Positions 1 through 9,353 of a stretch of 38,959 nucleotides of DNA are shown here, piece by piece (position 1 is the first letter of the stretch; the number at the start of each line of letters is the position of its first letter). The stretch lies in the IMG/VR virus record IMGVR_UViG_3300045988_088615, positions 1 through 38,959 of that record; one strand, given 5' to 3'. The stretch is from a virus. A program made the translations under genes and the position numbers. The notes beneath the pieces were generated by a model that worked only from the letters and a program-made list of their open reading frames with translations, was not told where the DNA came from and did no database searches.

Positions 1-55
1 CAGGGCTTGAATGAGTTCCCGTCGCGGTAGGTGCTGGACCTACGTCAGGGCCGGA
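1..55. repeat. Terminal exact repeat, copy 1 (identical to 38905..38959)
   Basis: Direct comparison of the first and last 55 nt gives 55/55 identity. The next base differs (a at 56, whereas the window ends after 38959). Confidence 0.97.
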
Positions 56-2086
56 AACTTCATTCAAGTCCATTTTTATTAGCTTATGCGTCCGATAGTT
101 GTTGACATTTGGTTCAACTTCCACATCAAACGAGGCAATATATTGTTTGCCATTGATTTCAACGGGGGTTTCAAAATAATCGTAACGAACAGTCTTCTTG
201 GTCTTTGCCCCGTGGGGAACATATTCACCGCTGCCAACATACTCCCCATTTTGCACGATTTCCGTCAAGTTTCCCAATACGGACAGCTTTTCGGCTGTCA
301 AATTTGGGTCACTGATAACCTTTCCGGGCACGTTGTTATTGATGTCTACCGCGTAGGGCTGTCCGCCGAAAGAGGTTCCCTCTACAACAACGCCCTTTGC
401 GGGCTTGAAGATGCTCTTGTAGACGTTCTTCAGCGTACTCTTAAAGCTCTGTCCCGGAAGGGAAAATTCCAGCCCCCGCGCCCCGGCAATACTGTTCTGC
501 GCTCGGGTCAAGGCTTCGCTGCTCACCTGCACCGGTGCTGTGTTTTGCCGCTGGGTCTGTGTAGGCACTTCGCCCTTGTAAGGCTTCTTGATGGTAGTCG
601 CCTGACCCACCCGAATATTCTCCGCCGTCTCCACACCGGGGACGGCGTTTTGCGTGCCCTCTGCGCTCACCTGCTCCACGGGGGCATAACTACCCTCCCG
701 AACGTCTGCTTGCGCTCCTGCGGCGTTTGCGGGGGTGGGGGTATCAATACCCTCCCGCACCTCCGGGCGTACCTCCTGCGTGGGCTGTGCGTCCGCCTGA
801 CTGCTTCCACGCTGTCGGATGACGTCAGCGCCCGCGCCGATGCCGCCCATGGCCGCGCCCACCGCCGCGTCATACAGCGCCTCGCTCAGATCAAACCGGG
901 CAGAGGGGTCATAGGTGGCCCGCTGCAAGATGGGCTGGAAAACGTCCTCGATAAATTCCTCGCCGCCCTCGGAGATCATGGAGAGGGCCAGCCTCCCGGC
1001 GGGACGCTTGGCAAGGTCGCTCATGACCTGAGCGGCTGTACTCTCTCCAAATTTTGCGATCAATTTGCCAGCCGCCTTATCGGCAAGACCCGCGCCGAAC
1101 GCCTTCTTGAAGGGGCCTGCCACGTTGGCGATCTTCTCCGTGGCAAGGCTCAGAGCACCGCTGCCCAGTCCGTAAGCAAGCTGCTGGTCATAGCTGGCCC
1201 CGGCCTGTCTGGACTGTTGGGCGCTGCTTCCGGCAGACCGGGCCGTCATCAGAGCGAGACCGGCACCGGGGATCACGGCGCTGGCTGCCACGTCCCCCGC
1301 CATCTGTACACCCTGAACGCCCAGATCCACGGCGAACCGCCCCACCGGCCCCAGCCCTTCCTTGGCCTGCGCCACGTCCTCAGCGGAGCTTTGGGACAGA
1401 CGGTCGGCCTTCTGATACGCCTTGTCCGCCACTGCCTTGTCGGACTGCTCCACCGCCTTGGTGTAGCCCTCATGGGCCGCGATCCGCCGCTTGGCGCTGG
1501 CAAGGTAGCCCTGCACCTGCTTTACGTCCTTCGCGCTCATGGCCCGTCCGTTGGCCCACTTCACATCCCGGAGCATCTTTTCATACCGCTTCACCGCGTC
1601 ATGGTCGCTTTGCAGGGAATCCCCGGCGTTCTGGTTGGCGATCCGGGTATTCAGCTTCCCGGCCCCCTCTGCCAGCACACCGCCCAGATTTGTATAGGCG
1701 GAGCCGACGGACTTCGCTGCGCCGGAGAGAACCTTCCCCACACGCCCGTTATCAAGGGATGGGATGAGTGTCCCGCTTTGCTTCGTGTCCGCAAGCAAGC
1801 GGCTGTTGGTCCCTGTTTGCCTCCCTACATTGTCCATGGGCTGCGGGTAGCGGGTAGTGCTTTGGGTAAGGGTGGCGCTCTGTGCGCCGGTCTGCTGTGT
1901 GGTCTTTGCGGCGGCCTTTGCCCCGATTTTCGAAGTGTCGCCAATGACCTTGAAGCCTCCAAGCGTCCGGCTGCTCCCATTGGAAGAAGGCGTGGTGCTT
2001 GTCTGCACCGCGCTTCCTTTTTTGCTGCCTGCTCCGATTTTGGAGGTATCGCCAATTACCTTAAATCCGCTTAGTGTTTTTGCCAT
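1..2086 (-). CDS. Giant virion-associated protein, N-terminal 695 codons. The ORF runs off the window start and continues in frame at 38904 downward.
   Basis: ATG at 2086-2084 lies 7 nt after AGAGGTG. I translated this minus frame to nt 1 and met no stop (triplets checked one by one for nt 1-480). It is absent from the ORF track because it has no in-window stop. The long + ORF 86..2074 is its antisense shadow. Confidence 0.85.
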   Translation of the reverse strand, partial: MAKTLSGFKVIGDTSKIGAGSKKGSAVQTSTTPSSNGSSRTLGGFKVIGDTSKIGAKAAAKTTQQTGAQSATLTQSTTRYPQPMDNVGRQTGTNSRLLADTKQSGTLIPSLDNGRVGKVLSGAAKSVGSAYTNLGGVLAEGAGKLNTRIANQNAGDSLQSDHDAVKRYEKMLRDVKWANGRAMSAKDVKQVQGYLASAKRRIAAHEGYTKAVEQSDKAVADKAYQKADRLSQSSAEDVAQAKEGLGPVGRFAVDLGVQGVQMAGDVAASAVIPGAGLALMTARSAGSSAQQSRQAGASYDQQLAYGLGSGALSLATEKIANVAGPFKKAFGAGLADKAAGKLIAKFGESTAAQVMSDLAKRPAGRLALSMISEGGEEFIEDVFQPILQRATYDPSARFDLSEALYDAAVGAAMGGIGAGADVIRQRGSSQADAQPTQEVRPEVREGIDTPTPANAAGAQADVREGSYAPVEQVSAEGTQNAVPGVETAENIRVGQATTIKKPYKGEVPTQTQRQNTAPVQVSSEALTRAQNSIAGARGLEFSLPGQSFKSTLKNVYKSIFKPAKGVVVEGTSFGGQPYAVDINNNVPGKVISDPNLTAEKLSVLGNLTEIVQNGEYVGSGEYVPHGAKTKKTVRYDYFETPVEINGKQYIASFDVEVEPNVNNYRTHKLIKMDLNEVSGPDVGPAPTATGTHSSP
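1919..2068 (-). repeat. Two copies of the peptide motif GFKVIGDTSKIGA (nt 2030..2068 and 1919..1957) at the N-terminus of the giant protein
   Basis: My translation gives MAKTLSGFKVIGDTSKIGAGSKKGS...RTLGGFKVIGDTSKIGAKAAAK. Confidence 0.8.
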
Positions 2087-2099
2087 ACTGGTGCACCTC

Positions 2100-4103
2100 T
2101 CAGTAAGAAATCCCGTACTGTGCCAGCAGGTTCTGGACCTCCTGCTTCTGGCTGGCGGAGAGCTTTCCATAGTTCTTGGTAAGCCAGTTGTATGCCCGGT
2201 CCACATTGCCGTTACTCAGATCCGTGTTCAGGCTGGTGGCCGACGCTATGAAAGCGCCCTGCGTCATGCTGCCGGTGCTGCTTCCGCTGCTCCCCTGATA
2301 CTTCGCCCACGCTTGATCAGCCGTCAGGCCGCCTGCGGCCTTCTTGGAGTTCTTGCCCCACTTGCCGTCCTGAGACACGCCGTAGTATTTCTGGAGCTGC
2401 TTCACCTGCTGATTGGTCAGGGAGCCGTTGGAGTAGCTTCCCTTCTTTTTGCCCGTGCTGCCGCCGCTGGAGGACCCGCCGGAGGTCAGCTTGCCGGTGC
2501 CGTACAGAGAATCGTAGGCCCCCTGCCCGTAATAGTAATCGAAGGCGGAGATCACGTCATCCGTCACGATGCCGTTTTTCAGCGCGGACTGTACCTGACT
2601 GGCCGTCAGATTGGGCTTTACCACGGCCGCTGCGCCGGAGCTGCCGGAGCCGGAGCCGCCCGTCTGTGCGCCGTACTTGGCATAGAGATTCTGCTGGCGG
2701 ACGTATTCCTCGTACAGGGCGTTTGCCAGCTCCGCGTCTCCCGTGGCCTCTGCCTTGGCAATGGCGTTTCGGTACTCCGTGTCAAGCTGGCTCCGCTGGA
2801 GGTCGATGGCCGCCGTCTTTTCCGCCTGCTCCCGGTCGATCTGGGAGAGGTTCTGCTGAAGCACAACATCCTGCGCCAGCGCCGCCTGTCCGGTGGTGCC
2901 GGTATTCAGGCCGTTGGCCACCGCCATCTCCTGAAATCTGCCCCGGCTCAGGGCGTTCTGGTTGGCCGCACTGTTCCGGGCAATATCGTACACCGGCGCG
3001 ATCTGCGCACGGCTGGCGTCCAGTGTGGCGGTGTTCTGCTCGTAGGCGGATTTCAGCGCCGCCAGCTCTGCCGCCACCTTTTTGGCGTACAGCTCCTTCA
3101 AGTAGTCGCCGCCGTCCCCAATGTCAAAGCTCATGCCGGTCTGCGATGTGGAGAGATTACCGGACGGCGTGCCGCCCGCGTTGATGTCCGTGACCCGCTG
3201 CTGCTGGCTGTATGCCGGGGTCCCGTAGCCGGGTGTACCGGCCTGTGCGCCGCCATTCGCCGCCATGAAATCGCCGAAGGACTGCACTTTGCCGTTGGCC
3301 TGTGCGGAGGGGGAGGTGTCCGTTCCCATGAGATAGCGGTAATAGGCCAGCTCCGCGCTTTCCGGGCTGTTGTCAAGCCCCAGCCGCCGCCGCAGATCGT
3401 TCGCGGCAGACAGCGCGCCGCTGTCTGTCACATAGCCGTTCTTGTCGATGGTGTAGCCATATCCGGCACGGATGGCGTTTGCCGCCTGGTTCGCCTGATC
3501 GCCGGTGATCTCGCCCCGCTGTAGCCGGTTGCGGATGTCCTGGATCTTGGAGCGGTCCAGTGCGGACATCATTTCGTTGTCCGTCCACGCACCGCTCTTT
3601 CCATAGCTGCCGTTCCCGGCGTTGATGTCCTGATGGGGGGTGTAGTCCGCCGCGCCCTTCACCGCCTTGTAGGCATAGCCGTTATCGTCATAGAACACGG
3701 TATAGCCGTTGGACACCTGATACCGGTTCGCCAGATCTTCGCGGCGGCTCATGTCCGCGCCGACCCGGTACGATACGCCGTTTTGCTTGTAGTTCTTTAC
3801 CTCGGAATTGCTGGTGGGCGTCCCGTAGATGCCGCCGCCATTGTCCTTGCGGTCGTAGGTATACCCTCCAAAGGTCCCCTGAGAGCTGCCGCCGGAACTT
3901 CCGCTGTTCCCCCGGTTGCTGGACCCGCCGTAGGTCTGAGAATACGTCTTGTCGGAGCCGATCATGTTCGGCTCTCTGCCGCCGTACTTATCGTCGATCT
4001 TGTTCTGCCGCTCCTGAGTCAGCCGGTCCCGCTCGGAGGCCGACAGGTCCGTCCGCTGAAGTTCCTTGGAGTAGTCCTTGTTTTTATCGTAGTACCCTGC
4101 CAT
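2100..4103 (-). CDS. 667-aa low-complexity (Gly/Ser/Asn/Tyr-rich) protein with a central coiled-coil-like segment. Probably a virion or ejection protein; function unknown.
   Basis: Complete ORF, tightly packed between the endolysin and the giant ORF. The C-terminal segment VKQLQKYYGVSQDGKWGKNSKKAAGGLTADQAW resembles a peptidoglycan-binding repeat. Confidence 0.8.
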   Translation of the reverse strand: MAGYYDKNKDYSKELQRTDLSASERDRLTQERQNKIDDKYGGREPNMIGSDKTYSQTYGGSSNRGNSGSSGGSSQGTFGGYTYDRKDNGGGIYGTPTSNSEVKNYKQNGVSYRVGADMSRREDLANRYQVSNGYTVFYDDNGYAYKAVKGAADYTPHQDINAGNGSYGKSGAWTDNEMMSALDRSKIQDIRNRLQRGEITGDQANQAANAIRAGYGYTIDKNGYVTDSGALSAANDLRRRLGLDNSPESAELAYYRYLMGTDTSPSAQANGKVQSFGDFMAANGGAQAGTPGYGTPAYSQQQRVTDINAGGTPSGNLSTSQTGMSFDIGDGGDYLKELYAKKVAAELAALKSAYEQNTATLDASRAQIAPVYDIARNSAANQNALSRGRFQEMAVANGLNTGTTGQAALAQDVVLQQNLSQIDREQAEKTAAIDLQRSQLDTEYRNAIAKAEATGDAELANALYEEYVRQQNLYAKYGAQTGGSGSGSSGAAAVVKPNLTASQVQSALKNGIVTDDVISAFDYYYGQGAYDSLYGTGKLTSGGSSSGGSTGKKKGSYSNGSLTNQQVKQLQKYYGVSQDGKWGKNSKKAAGGLTADQAWAKYQGSSGSSTGSMTQGAFIASATSLNTDLSNGNVDRAYNWLTKNYGKLSASQKQEVQNLLAQYGISY

Positions 4104-4115
4104 ACATGGCCCTCC

Positions 4116-5141
4116 TTATCCGTTCCAGTCTGCCCGGGCTTCCCTTGTATCAATGTGTGTGAAGCCCTTCTGACTGTATACGCCCACGCCGCCCCAGTCC
4201 GGCATCAGCTCTCTTGCGTAGGCCGCCACCGTCTCCGGCGTCTGGCCCTTCACGGTGATATCCGCCGCCGTGCCGTAGCAGTGCTGGCTGTGGGCCACGC
4301 CGCCGACCTTGGTGTTGTACTGTGGCGTCCGATACCCACTGTTGATGGTCACAGCCGCGCCGAAGTGACTGCGGATGCTTTGCAAAACCATCACCAGCCG
4401 GGGGGCCACCAGCACAGCGTCGCTGCCGTCCCCGCAGGCAAATTCTTTCACTTTAAAATGGGTGGACAGCTTTTTGCTGCCGTCCTTCGCCTTGGAATAG
4501 GCGTTGATCTCTACCATAGGTTTCTCTCCTTCCGGCTCACACGCATCCCCGCTTTTCTTTTTCCATACAAGAAAGAACGGGATCACCCGTCCATCCCCGG
4601 TAAAGCCCTTGCCCTCGCTGTCCATAAAGCAGGTGCTCCCGCCGCCGTCCATCATAATGGCATTGTCCCAGCCGGACGCTGCCAGCAGGTCACGGAGCTG
4701 TTCCGGTGTCCGCCGGTCACGGCTCACGTAGTAGGCGAACCGGCCATTCTTGGTGCCGATGGCCGTCCGGGGTGCGCGGTACTTCATATCCGCTCCGCAG
4801 GTGACGGGGTATATTTTCTTCCCATCGATAATAAGGTGAACGCACTCCATGTAATTCCGGTCCTTGTTGGGCACGGTTTTCACGCCGAAGTCTGCCGGGG
4901 TGTCCCAGCTGATGGCCCATGCCCGGTAATTGGGGGCCTTGTAAACCTTACCGTCTGCCTTTAAATGACAGGCGGGTTGCTGGTTCCGCAGGAAGATGGA
5001 GCCATTGCAGATAGCGTCCCCGCCCGCCTCCGCCAGCATCTTCTTCAGGTTGGCCGTGGTGGAGCGGAGACGCCGCCGATTGAAATAGATTTTCAAAAAT
5101 TGGAGGTCGGAGAGCGGGACTGTGCCCGCTCTCGTCGTCAT
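4116..5141 (-). CDS. Endolysin with two domains: N-terminal NAGPA / phosphodiester-glycosidase-like, C-terminal peptidase M15A-like
   Basis: N-terminal motifs: ICNGSIF, PRTAIGTKNGRFAYYVS, IMMDGGGST. C-terminal motifs: NSGYRTPQYNTKVGGVAHSQHCYGTAADI and THIDTR. Overlaps the holin gene by 4 nt. Confidence 0.85.
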   Translation of the reverse strand: MTTRAGTVPLSDLQFLKIYFNRRRLRSTTANLKKMLAEAGGDAICNGSIFLRNQQPACHLKADGKVYKAPNYRAWAISWDTPADFGVKTVPNKDRNYMECVHLIIDGKKIYPVTCGADMKYRAPRTAIGTKNGRFAYYVSRDRRTPEQLRDLLAASGWDNAIMMDGGGSTCFMDSEGKGFTGDGRVIPFFLVWKKKSGDACEPEGEKPMVEINAYSKAKDGSKKLSTHFKVKEFACGDGSDAVLVAPRLVMVLQSIRSHFGAAVTINSGYRTPQYNTKVGGVAHSQHCYGTAADITVKGQTPETVAAYARELMPDWGGVGVYSQKGFTHIDTREARADWNG

Positions 5142-5587
5142 GTCCCGGCCTCCTGCTTGCCCTCGTCGCTGGCCTGCCGGATGGCGTCCAGCATATTCTT
5201 TACAAAGGCCGGGTAGGGAACGCCCATAATGGCCGTGTTTTCTAAAATACTCAATCCCTCATTGGCGATGAAGAACATACAAACCGCGTCTCTCACAAAG
5301 TCGCTGGATGTAGCTTGGTCTAACAGCGCCCCCATCCAGACAAGCGCCAGTTCTACGCACTTCTTCGCGAGACCCTTGAAGCCTGCATCGGAACTCAGCG
5401 CCCCGGTGCTGCTCTTCCCGGACTTGTGCCAGATCGCCGCCACCAGCCAGCCCGTGGCGTAATCCAGCACCATAAAGCAGATCAGCACTTTCAGCGCCAT
5501 ATCCAAGCCGCCCAAAGCCTGCGCGATGACGGAGCCGGTTGTTGCCAGCGCCGCCAGAATCAGATTTTTAATATGTACTGCGTTCAT
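5138..5587 (-). CDS. Holin, phage_holin_4_1 / TcdE-like family
   Basis: Contains hydrophobic segments that look like transmembrane helices. Motifs LDYATGW, SSDAGFKGLAKK and ANEGLSILEN. Lies immediately upstream of the endolysin. Confidence 0.88.
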   Translation of the reverse strand: MNAVHIKNLILAALATTGSVIAQALGGLDMALKVLICFMVLDYATGWLVAAIWHKSGKSSTGALSSDAGFKGLAKKCVELALVWMGALLDQATSSDFVRDAVCMFFIANEGLSILENTAIMGVPYPAFVKNMLDAIRQASDEGKQEAGT

Positions 5588-5613
5588 AGCTTTTGCCCTC
5601 CCTGCACAGTGCT

Positions 5614-5940
5614 TCAGTGGTTCACCCGCACGGCCTTTACCGGGTTTCCGTTGGCGTTGTAGGTCACCTCATAGCGACCCTCGGCAACGGTCACGGTCAT
5701 GGTCTGGCCCGCCAGCTCCGGCTTGTACCGCATGATGTCACGGAGATGCTTCACGTCCTCCGGCTCGGTCTCTGCGGGGATGAAGCCCTCAGCCATTTCT
5801 TTCTCAGACCAACCGGCGATACCACCGTTGGGGTTTAAATGGAAGTTGGCACCGGCCTCCTTCAGCTTGGTGTTGATAACCTCGATGCTCTCGCCGTTCT
5901 TCTTGCCCTCGTTGATGATCTCGGCAAACTTCTTCTCCAT
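5614..5940 (-). CDS. Hypothetical 108-aa protein
   Basis: Complete ORF in the late operon with SD-like GGAGAAAC upstream. No recognisable motif. Confidence 0.7.
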   Translation of the reverse strand: MEKKFAEIINEGKKNGESIEVINTKLKEAGANFHLNPNGGIAGWSEKEMAEGFIPAETEPEDVKHLRDIMRYKPELAGQTMTVTVAEGRYEVTYNANGNPVKAVRVNH

Positions 5941-6042
5941 AGTGTTTCTCCTTTCAATTTTTACGGCTTACTCAGCCGGTTTCAACTGTTCGGTTGATTA
6001 TTCAACTGCTTTCAACCGGTTTCATTTGTATCTGTGGGACCT

Positions 6043-6069
6043 GCCGGAGGATTGACCCTCCGGCTTTTT
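6043..6069 (+). other. GC-rich stem-loop (gccggagg-attgac-cctccggc) followed by T5 on the plus strand
   Basis: Read directly. Located between two minus-strand genes (6073 stop, 5940 start). On the minus strand it has an A-tract before the stem and no U-tract after it. Confidence 0.5.
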
Positions 6070-6072
6070 CCG

Positions 6073-6792
6073 TTACTTTACGCCCTTTAAAAGCATAGTA
6101 GTTTCGTCAAATAGTGCATTGCTGGGTACAATCAAAGCCGGTCTAATCCCCGACGTGGACATAACACTTGTTGTGCTAAAAACTCCATTGACCGGTATAG
6201 TAAACACCGCATCCGCCCCGTTGGACGATGTATAAGGGGTGCGGGTAAACCATGCAACCTTAGACCCATCCAAGTATGGGTATTTATAAGAATCTCCCGA
6301 TGAACCGCTAAAGATTTCAATAGTCGCTCCTTCATCTGGACTGTAACCGGAAGCAGAACCAATTTCGCGCAATGACAATAAAAATGCCTTAGTGTTCAAA
6401 CCATTTGCGCCAGTTTTGGCAGAGGTGCTTTTATTCCCGGGGCAATATGGAACTTTGACCTGCTTAATCGCAGATTGTTCCACGCTGCCAAGACTATTGA
6501 AGAAATCGCCGTTCAACCATGTATTGATAGCGCTATTGGCATACGTGTTCACGGTGGTTGTATTCCACTGTCTTCTGCTATGACAATCCTTCCTCAGCAG
6601 CCACGTGCCGTCACAGCTTGCATCATACAAGCTGCTGTTTTCAGGGATGCCCTGATTGACTACCAGATATTCAACCGCCGTGCCGCCCTCCATCAACTTC
6701 ACGGTTGAACCAACCGCAAGGCTGGAAGCCAACACCCCCGTCACCGGTGCCGTATGCACTTCGCCCTTCCGCAAAAATAAACAGTGTCCCAT
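6073..6792 (-). CDS. DUF6273-like protein; putative receptor-binding or tail-tip protein (paralog 2)
   Basis: Pattern WLLRKD ... YANSAINTWLNGDFFNSL ... KAFLLSLREIG ... WFTRTPY ... GIRPALIV, typical of that Firmicutes domain. Tandem with 6805..7509. Confidence 0.7.
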   Translation of the reverse strand: MGHCLFLRKGEVHTAPVTGVLASSLAVGSTVKLMEGGTAVEYLVVNQGIPENSSLYDASCDGTWLLRKDCHSRRQWNTTTVNTYANSAINTWLNGDFFNSLGSVEQSAIKQVKVPYCPGNKSTSAKTGANGLNTKAFLLSLREIGSASGYSPDEGATIEIFSGSSGDSYKYPYLDGSKVAWFTRTPYTSSNGADAVFTIPVNGVFSTTSVMSTSGIRPALIVPSNALFDETTMLLKGVK

Positions 6793-6804
6793 AAGGCCAC
6801 CCCC

Positions 6805-7509
6805 TTAGAAGCAGAAGCCGAAGGCCACGCCATCCGCAATGCTCGCGACGTAGTAGTCGGCGCTGCCGCCGCTGCCGACAATGCAGAAATACGCGGAGTC
6901 GCTGCCCTTCGGAGAGCGCCCCCACCAGTAGTACGCGCTGCCGTTGAGCTTCTTCACCTTGCTGTTGCCCGCCTTGTAGTAGTCGTACTGCGTACCCTCG
7001 CCGCTCTTGGAATAGCTGACGCTGCCGAAAATCTCGATCTCGCTCAGCAGAAACAGCTTGTCCGCCGTGGTGTTGATGGTGGCGCTATAGTTGCCCGCCG
7101 AGGTCAGCTTGTTCACCTCCCGGATGCCGCTCTGCACCTCCGTCGGCATCTTGGCGAGAATGGCAGGCAGGTGCGTCGTTCGCATGGCGCAGTTCGTCCA
7201 GCCGCCGACATTGGTGTTGGTGCTGTTCATGTTCTTGGTCTCGCCGTAGCAGTCATGCAGCTGGAAGGTCAGCGGAGCCTTACCGGAACCGTCCGCATAA
7301 TCGTCATGGTTTTTGCCGATAATGTCGATAGCATAATCCACACCATTGATGGTCATGGTTTTCTGGTTTTCAACCGCCCAAGTATCCGGCACTTGGTTTT
7401 TATGGCAGGCATCAATGATCTGCGCCCACGTATTATCCGAAAAATTCGCTTTGTACGAAACCGGCACCGTCATACCCTTGCTCGCGCCGCTTAAAATCAC
7501 ACGTCCCAT
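6805..7509 (-). CDS. DUF6273-like protein; putative receptor-binding or tail-tip protein (paralog 1)
   Basis: Pattern DKLFLLSEIEIFG ... YYWWGRSP. Its start shares nt 7509 with the stop codon of the fibre gene. Confidence 0.7.
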   Translation of the reverse strand: MGRVILSGASKGMTVPVSYKANFSDNTWAQIIDACHKNQVPDTWAVENQKTMTINGVDYAIDIIGKNHDDYADGSGKAPLTFQLHDCYGETKNMNSTNTNVGGWTNCAMRTTHLPAILAKMPTEVQSGIREVNKLTSAGNYSATINTTADKLFLLSEIEIFGSVSYSKSGEGTQYDYYKAGNSKVKKLNGSAYYWWGRSPKGSDSAYFCIVGSGGSADYYVASIADGVAFGFCF

Positions 7510-9350
7510 CAGCTCACCTCCACGACAATGGGAATGTCCACCGTATTCGCCTCACCGAAGATGGTGAACTTGATGCCACCCGCTACCGTCTCGGCGTAGC
7601 CGTTGGTGATGCAGTTGAGGTACTGGTTCTCCGCCTCCACAAAGGCCGCGTAATCGTCAGAAGTCCCCGCCCCCGTATAAGCGTGGTCCACCAGTGCCGT
7701 GTTCTGGGCCGTCACCCCGGCGATGGCAACGCTCTGCGTCTTAACGCCGGTGTTTTCATCCTCCGCCCACGTAGTCCCGATAGTGGCGGTGTAGGTCTTG
7801 ACGGAGGAAATTTCCGGCAGCTGGCTTGCGGGCACCTTGCCGTCCGCTCCCAGAGACGCCGCGCCAATGGCCGCAGGGGTAATGGGGTCCTCCCCATCCT
7901 TCCCGTGCTGGCTGGCGTGTTTCCCCGCCGCCTTGCCGTTCCACGTGGTTTTCTGTTCGGCGGTCACGTGGATGCCGCTGTTGCCAATGTGCCCCGGCAC
8001 GTCTTTCAGCGCCGTGTTGAACGCCGTCTCCGTTCCGGAATACCCGGCTTCCACGGCGGTCTGATATGCGCTCTTGCCGTCCGTGCCCTTTACACCGGCG
8101 GGACCTTGCGGGCCTTCCGGGCCAACGTCACCCTGGGGACCCTGTACGCCCTGAATACCCTGCGGCCCTTGTGGGCCGGTAGCGCCCTTGGCACCGGGCT
8201 CACCCTGCGGACCGGTGGGGCCTTGGATGCCCTGCTCGCCCTGCGGGCCGGTAGCTCCGGTATCGCCTTTATCGCCTTTGGGGCCTTGGATGCCCTGTGC
8301 GCCTGCGGGTCCCTGCGGACCTTCCGGGCCTTGCAGCTTGCCGACGCTTACCCAGTCGCTTTCATTCTCAGACCAGATGTAGCACTCCTTGTCCGCCTCC
8401 ACCATGTACATTTTTTCATTGCCGGTGGGGATGGCCTTCCGCAGCGCCGCCAAAGTGGGGTAAATGTCCTCGATATAAAGGCTCTTGCCGTCTTTGCCGG
8501 GAGCGCCTGTTGCGCCGGTAGCGCCGGTAGGGCCTTGGGGTCCTGCGGGTCCGATTGCGCCCTGTGCGCCATCCGCGCCCTTGGGTCCGATCTCACCCTG
8601 CGGCCCCTGAATACCCTGTAAGCCACGGGGACCTTGCGGGCCGGTAGGACCATCCGGGCCGGTCTCGCCCTGATCGCCCTTGGGACCCTGCGCACCGGCC
8701 ACGCCCTGGATACCCTGCGGGCCTCTTGCGCCCTGTGCGCCCTGCTCGCCCTGTACGCCCTGCGGGCCTTGGGGGCCGCGCACGTTTACGCTCTGGGGCG
8801 GGGACGTTACATTTTGCAGGGAAAAGGACATAACGCCGTTAATGTCCACACTGGGGACGATGGCGGGTCCCACCGGCCCCTGTGCGCCGGTGGCTCCGGT
8901 ATCGCCGGTATCGCCCTTGTCGCCTTTTTCACCCTTGTCACCCTTTACGCCGGTGACCACGGTCACGCCGTTCTGGTCCGTTACCGTGCCATTGGTGAAC
9001 TGCATCCGGCTCCGCTGGGGGAGAGCCTGTCCGTCCGGGCCGATAATTAGGTGGCCGGAAGAACCGGTTGCCTGCCAGACCTTGCCGTCCGTGCTGACCT
9101 CCAGCACCTTGTCCGCGTTCAGCCGGATATACTTGAATCCGGCCTCGTTCTGCGGCAGCAGCACCGCTGTTTCCACACCCAGATTTTCCAGTGTCGGGAT
9201 CAGGGTCTCGTTCATGTAGGTCTGGAGGGCCTTGCCGCCCTCGTCGAACTTGTTTTTCAGCTCGACGGAGGTCATCCCGCCAACGTCATTGGGTTCATCG
9301 TCCAATGCCGCAATGATCGCCATGTTTTTGTTGAATTTCTCAATCGCCAC
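7509..9350 (-). CDS. Tail fibre with a BppU-like N-terminus and three collagen-like G-X-Y blocks
   Basis: N-terminus [42 protein letters not shown]. Long GxY runs. C-terminal [16 protein letters not shown] and [20 protein letters not shown] motifs are common in phage fibres. Confidence 0.88.
   Translation of the reverse strand: MAIEKFNKNMAIIAALDDEPNDVGGMTSVELKNKFDEGGKALQTYMNETLIPTLENLGVETAVLLPQNEAGFKYIRLNADKVLEVSTDGKVWQATGSSGHLIIGPDGQALPQRSRMQFTNGTVTDQNGVTVVTGVKGDKGEKGDKGDTGDTGATGAQGPVGPAIVPSVDINGVMSFSLQNVTSPPQSVNVRGPQGPQGVQGEQGAQGARGPQGIQGVAGAQGPKGDQGETGPDGPTGPQGPRGLQGIQGPQGEIGPKGADGAQGAIGPAGPQGPTGATGATGAPGKDGKSLYIEDIYPTLAALRKAIPTGNEKMYMVEADKECYIWSENESDWVSVGKLQGPEGPQGPAGAQGIQGPKGDKGDTGATGPQGEQGIQGPTGPQGEPGAKGATGPQGPQGIQGVQGPQGDVGPEGPQGPAGVKGTDGKSAYQTAVEAGYSGTETAFNTALKDVPGHIGNSGIHVTAEQKTTWNGKAAGKHASQHGKDGEDPITPAAIGAASLGADGKVPASQLPEISSVKTYTATIGTTWAEDENTGVKTQSVAIAGVTAQNTALVDHAYTGAGTSDDYAAFVEAENQYLNCITNGYAETVAGGIKFTIFGEANTVDIPIVVEVS
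8076..8951 (-). repeat. Collagen-like triplet repeats in three blocks (about 8865..8951, 8487..8777, 8076..8330)
   Basis: G-X-Y periodicity over fibre residues 134-162, 192-288 and 341-425. It generates the many spurious ORFs listed on both strands here. Confidence 0.9.
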
Positions 9351-9353
9351 AGG

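Noticed and set aside
86-4964. Long plus-strand ORFs 86..2074, 1857..3524 and 3633..4964 (443-662 aa)
   Set aside because: Their translations are low-complexity and rich in Arg, Leu, Gly and Val, with no motifs. They lie exactly antisense to coherent minus-strand genes (giant ORF, 667-aa protein, endolysin). These are typical GC-rich shadow ORFs.
7509-9350. Possible diversity-generating retroelement targeting the fibre
   Set aside because: No reverse transcriptase gene is present and I saw no template/variable repeat pair with adenine-specific differences. The repetition is collagen triplets.
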